Part shown: piece by piece, positions 15,750-18,719 of the stretch | Layout: each line of letters starts with the position of its first letter | How positions within the stretch are numbered: position 1 is the first letter of the stretch | NCBI GenBank assembly: GCA_037442825.1 | Contig: JBBIPN010000022.1 | Location: 1 to 18,719, forward strand | DNA: 18,719 nt | Direction of reading: 5' to 3' | Source of the DNA: Sulfurihydrogenibium sp. | Lineage (GTDB): Bacteria > Aquificota > Aquificia > Aquificales > Hydrogenothermaceae | Notes under the pieces: generated by a model | What the model saw: the letters and a program-made list of their open reading frames with translations, nothing else | Databases searched by the model: none | What the model was told of the DNA's origin: nothing | Position numbers and translations under genes: made by a program

Positions 15750-16367
15750 ATGACTAAATTGAAAGGTTTATATGTAATTACAGATGAAAATTTAACACCT
15801 TATGATAAAGTTTTTTATATGGTGGAAAAAGCTTTAAAAGGTGGTGCTTCTATAGTACAACTTAGAGATAAAAATAAAAGTGATGACTTTTTACTTCCAA
15901 TAGCAAAAGATTTAAAAATACTATGTCACAAGTATGATGCGTATTTTATCGTAAATGATAGACTTGAACTTACTATAAAATCTGATGCAGATGGTATACA
16001 TGTAGGCGAAGAAGATATAGATATTACTGATATAAGAAAAGTTATAAAAGATAAAATAATAGGTGTTTCTTGTTATGGAGATATAGAAAGGGCTATAATT
16101 ATGGAAAGATTGTCTGCATCTTATGTTGCGTTTGGTAGTTTTTATTCTTCTCCTACAAAACCAAAATCAAAGATAGTAGATAAATCTGTAATAACACAAG
16201 CAAAAAGGTTTTTAAATATACCTGTATGTGTTATAGGTGGTATAAATGTAGAGAGGGCAAAAGAACTTATAAATCTTGGTGCAGATATGGTAGCAGTTAT
16301 AAATAATATATGGACAGCTGAAGATATAGAAAGTAGAGCTAAGGAATATAAAGAGCTTTTTGAATAA
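15750..16367 (+). CDS. thiE: Thiamine-phosphate synthase
   Basis: GLYVITD, VQLRDK, FIVNDR, ADGIHVGEED, IIGVSC, YVAFG...SPTK, VIGGI. Confidence 0.96.
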   Translation: MTKLKGLYVITDENLTPYDKVFYMVEKALKGGASIVQLRDKNKSDDFLLPIAKDLKILCHKYDAYFIVNDRLELTIKSDADGIHVGEEDIDITDIRKVIKDKIIGVSCYGDIERAIIMERLSASYVAFGSFYSSPTKPKSKIVDKSVITQAKRFLNIPVCVIGGINVERAKELINLGADMVAVINNIWTAEDIESRAKEYKELFE

Positions 16368-16374
16368 TAAATTT

Positions 16375-18477
16375 TTATTTTATATGTTCTATATATTCTA
16401 AATCTATCTTTTTATTATCTTCATCTACTTTTGTTATCTTGACTGATACTTTATCTCCCAATCTAAATCGTTTGTTTTTACCAACTAACTGATGATTTCT
16501 TTCATCATATGTTAATTTTTCATTAATAGACTGAATAGGTACAAGTCCTTCTATTATATATCTTTCAATCTCTACAAACACACCAAAAGGCATAACACCG
16601 GTTATTATACCTTCAAATGTTTCTCCTACTTTATCTTTTAATATTCTTAACTTTAGTATATCAAGGGCATCTCTTTCTGCATCATCAGCTACTCTCTCCA
16701 TCTGTGAGCATTGTTGAGCTATTATATCTAATTTTTTTGGAAGTTCTTCAAAATCTTTCTTTTTAAATTTTTTCTTTATGGCTTTCTTTAGTAATCTATG
16801 AACCCAAATATCTGCATACCTTCTTATTGGTGATGTAAAGTGTGTATAACATTCTGAAGCTAAACCAAAGTGTCCAATATTTTCAGATGAGTATTTAGCT
16901 TGTTTCATTGTCCTTAAAGCTAAAAATCTAACTAAAGACTCTTCTGGTGTACTTATTGCCATTTCTATTAATTTTTGTATAAATTTAGAATCGACTTCTT
17001 TTGGATAGTTGACTTTATAACCAAGTCCAGCCATTAAATCAACAAAAGCATTAACTTTTTCTATTTTTGGTTTTTCGTGAACTCTGTATATAAATGGAAA
17101 ACCATTTTTTTCCATATGTTTTGCTACTGTTTCGTTTGCTATAATCATAAACTCTTCTATTATTCTATGGGCAAGGTGTCTTTCATAAGGCACTACGTCG
17201 TAAGGATTTCCATAATCGTCAAAAAGTATTTTTGATTCTGGCATATCAAAATCAATACTTCCTCTATCTTCTTTTGCTTTCATAAGTATCTTTGCTAATT
17301 TTTCCATATGTTTTAAAGGTTCTACAAGTTGTGAAAATTTATTTATAAGTTCTGGTTCTCCAAGGATTATACCAAGAGCTTGGTCGTATGTTAACTTTGC
17401 TTTACTTTCAATAACACTTTCATATATATCGTAATCTATAACTTCTCCTTTTTTGTTAATAAGTATTTCACATGTAAAAGCATACTTTTTTTCAAAAGGT
17501 CTTAAACTACATAAATTTGAAGCAAGTCTTTCTGGAAGCATATGTAAAGCTCTTTCTGGTAAATAATAGGTATTTCCCCTTTTAAAAGCTTCTTTATCTA
17601 TAGCAGAATCTTCTTTAACATAAAAGCTTACATCTGCTATATGAACAAAAAGTCTGTAGTTGTCTCCTTTTTTTTCGATTGCTACTGCATCATCATGGTC
17701 TCTTGCACTTTCTGGGTCTATTGTAAAACATATCTGTTTTGTTAAATCTTTTCTGTTTTTTGTTATCTTTACTGTAGAAGTTAGTTTTTCAGCTTCCTTT
17801 AAAGCTTCTTCACTGTGTGTTAAAGGTAAGTCATATTTCCTTGCAACAATCTCAGCTACTGTTTGAGTATTTTTTATATTTCCAAGGTCTTTTATTATTT
17901 TTCCTTTTGCATCTTTTCCTTTTTCTGGATATTTTATAATTTCAACAACTACATAGTTATCTAATGGATATTTTTTAGCATCTTTTTTATCTACATAAAT
18001 TTTATGTGGAATAACAAAATCTAATAAGTATACATAGTATCTATTATTATCTTTCTTTAGTTTGCCTACTGCTGTTTTTACTTTTCTTTCAACGACTTTA
18101 ATGATATGAGCTTCTTTTTTTCCTCTATATATCTGTTCTTTTGCTAATAATATATCTCCATCAAAGAGATATTTCATCTGAATTGGTGGAATAAATAAAT
18201 CTGGCTCTCCATCTTCCCTTATTAAAAATCCAAAACCACTTTCATGAGCTTCAACTTTACCTTTTATATAACTTTTTTCTCTTACTTCTTCCCTTAATAA
18301 ATAGCCTCCATCTTTATACTTAACTATCTTATTTTTTTCTAATTTTTTTAAAATTTTCCTAAGTAATTTTTTATTTTCTTTACCTTCAAGTTGAAAAGTT
18401 TTTAGAAGTTGTTTTAGATAAACAGGTTTTTTGTAGTTTTTTAAAACATCTAATATACTCTTTTCTGTTATCTCCAT
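16375..18477 (-). CDS. rnr: Ribonuclease R (RNB family)
   Basis: Cold-shock domain GFGFL...DLFIP, RNB motifs FTIDPESARDHDDA, VHIADVS, IEEFMIIAN, HFGLA..YTHFTSPIRRYAD, C-terminal S1 FGVFVE. Confidence 0.96.
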   Translation of the reverse strand: MEITEKSILDVLKNYKKPVYLKQLLKTFQLEGKENKKLLRKILKKLEKNKIVKYKDGGYLLREEVREKSYIKGKVEAHESGFGFLIREDGEPDLFIPPIQMKYLFDGDILLAKEQIYRGKKEAHIIKVVERKVKTAVGKLKKDNNRYYVYLLDFVIPHKIYVDKKDAKKYPLDNYVVVEIIKYPEKGKDAKGKIIKDLGNIKNTQTVAEIVARKYDLPLTHSEEALKEAEKLTSTVKITKNRKDLTKQICFTIDPESARDHDDAVAIEKKGDNYRLFVHIADVSFYVKEDSAIDKEAFKRGNTYYLPERALHMLPERLASNLCSLRPFEKKYAFTCEILINKKGEVIDYDIYESVIESKAKLTYDQALGIILGEPELINKFSQLVEPLKHMEKLAKILMKAKEDRGSIDFDMPESKILFDDYGNPYDVVPYERHLAHRIIEEFMIIANETVAKHMEKNGFPFIYRVHEKPKIEKVNAFVDLMAGLGYKVNYPKEVDSKFIQKLIEMAISTPEESLVRFLALRTMKQAKYSSENIGHFGLASECYTHFTSPIRRYADIWVHRLLKKAIKKKFKKKDFEELPKKLDIIAQQCSQMERVADDAERDALDILKLRILKDKVGETFEGIITGVMPFGVFVEIERYIIEGLVPIQSINEKLTYDERNHQLVGKNKRFRLGDKVSVKITKVDEDNKKIDLEYIEHIK

Positions 18478-18719
18478 CTATCTCCCCGTTATAATGTTTT
18501 TTAATATCTCTAGAGCTAAATCTATATCTTTTTTGTCTATAATCAATGGCGGAACAAATCTTAATGTGTTTTTTCCTGCTGTACCTACTATAAGACCATT
18601 TTCTAATGCTTTAGCTACTACATCTTTTGCATTTATACTTTCTGGTAGATCCATTCCTATTATTAAACCTAAACCTTTAACGTTAAACCTAAACTCTTTT
18701 AATTTTTCTTTTAAATAAT
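18478..18719 (-). CDS. argD: Class III PLP aminotransferase, probably acetylornithine aminotransferase, C-terminal part (runs off window end)
   Basis: Manual translation ...VKGLGLIIGMDL...KALENGLIVGTAGKNTLRFVPPLIIDKKDID...ITGR*; TAG at 18478-18480 directly abuts the rnr ATG. Confidence 0.8.
   Translation of the reverse strand, partial: YLKEKLKEFRFNVKGLGLIIGMDLPESINAKDVVAKALENGLIVGTAGKNTLRFVPPLIIDKKDIDLALEILKNIITGR

Noticed and set aside
11489..18718. ORFs 11489-11764(-), 12944-13129(+), 13160-13345(+), 15407-15649(-), 17660-17866(+), 18494-18718(+)
   Set aside because: Antisense shadows of the globin, kinase, flavin reductase, rnr and argD.

Overview
AT-rich bacterial chromosomal window. 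The low-GC coding DNA, a GC-rich tRNA lacking encoded CCA and the gene content suggest a thermophile such as Aquificota/Hydrogenothermaceae (inference only). The left part is housekeeping: partial dxs (-), then a long + strand run of hisIE, bcp, pyrK, a hypothetical exported/membrane protein, queD, a gamma-class carbonic anhydrase family gene flanked by two unannotated single-TM micro-ORFs, HU/IHF, tRNA-Pro(GGG), surE and trpE. The right end is also housekeeping: flavin-reductase-like gene, thiE, rnr (-) and the 3' end of an argD-like aminotransferase (-). Between them (about 7540-15118) lies an accessory-looking light/UV/redox-stress block. It contains a DUF523-DUF1722 (RudS/YbgA-type) gene, a LytTR response regulator, a divergent HemJ-like membrane protein, an unannotated 37-aa hydrophobic peptide followed by a hairpin covering the next SD, a class II CPD photolyase, and a signal-peptide-bearing group I truncated haemoglobin with an atypical distal pocket and an upstream CRP/FNR-like box. 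It also contains a flavin-reductase gene broken by a perfect 31-bp tandem duplication, a LytS-type sensor kinase overlapping a CrtH/CrtD-like FAD oxidoreductase, and an orphan ORF. The best candidate for an undescribed system is a photoprotection regulon run by a LytS/LytTR two-component pair rather than by LitR/CarH or RpoE-ChrR.
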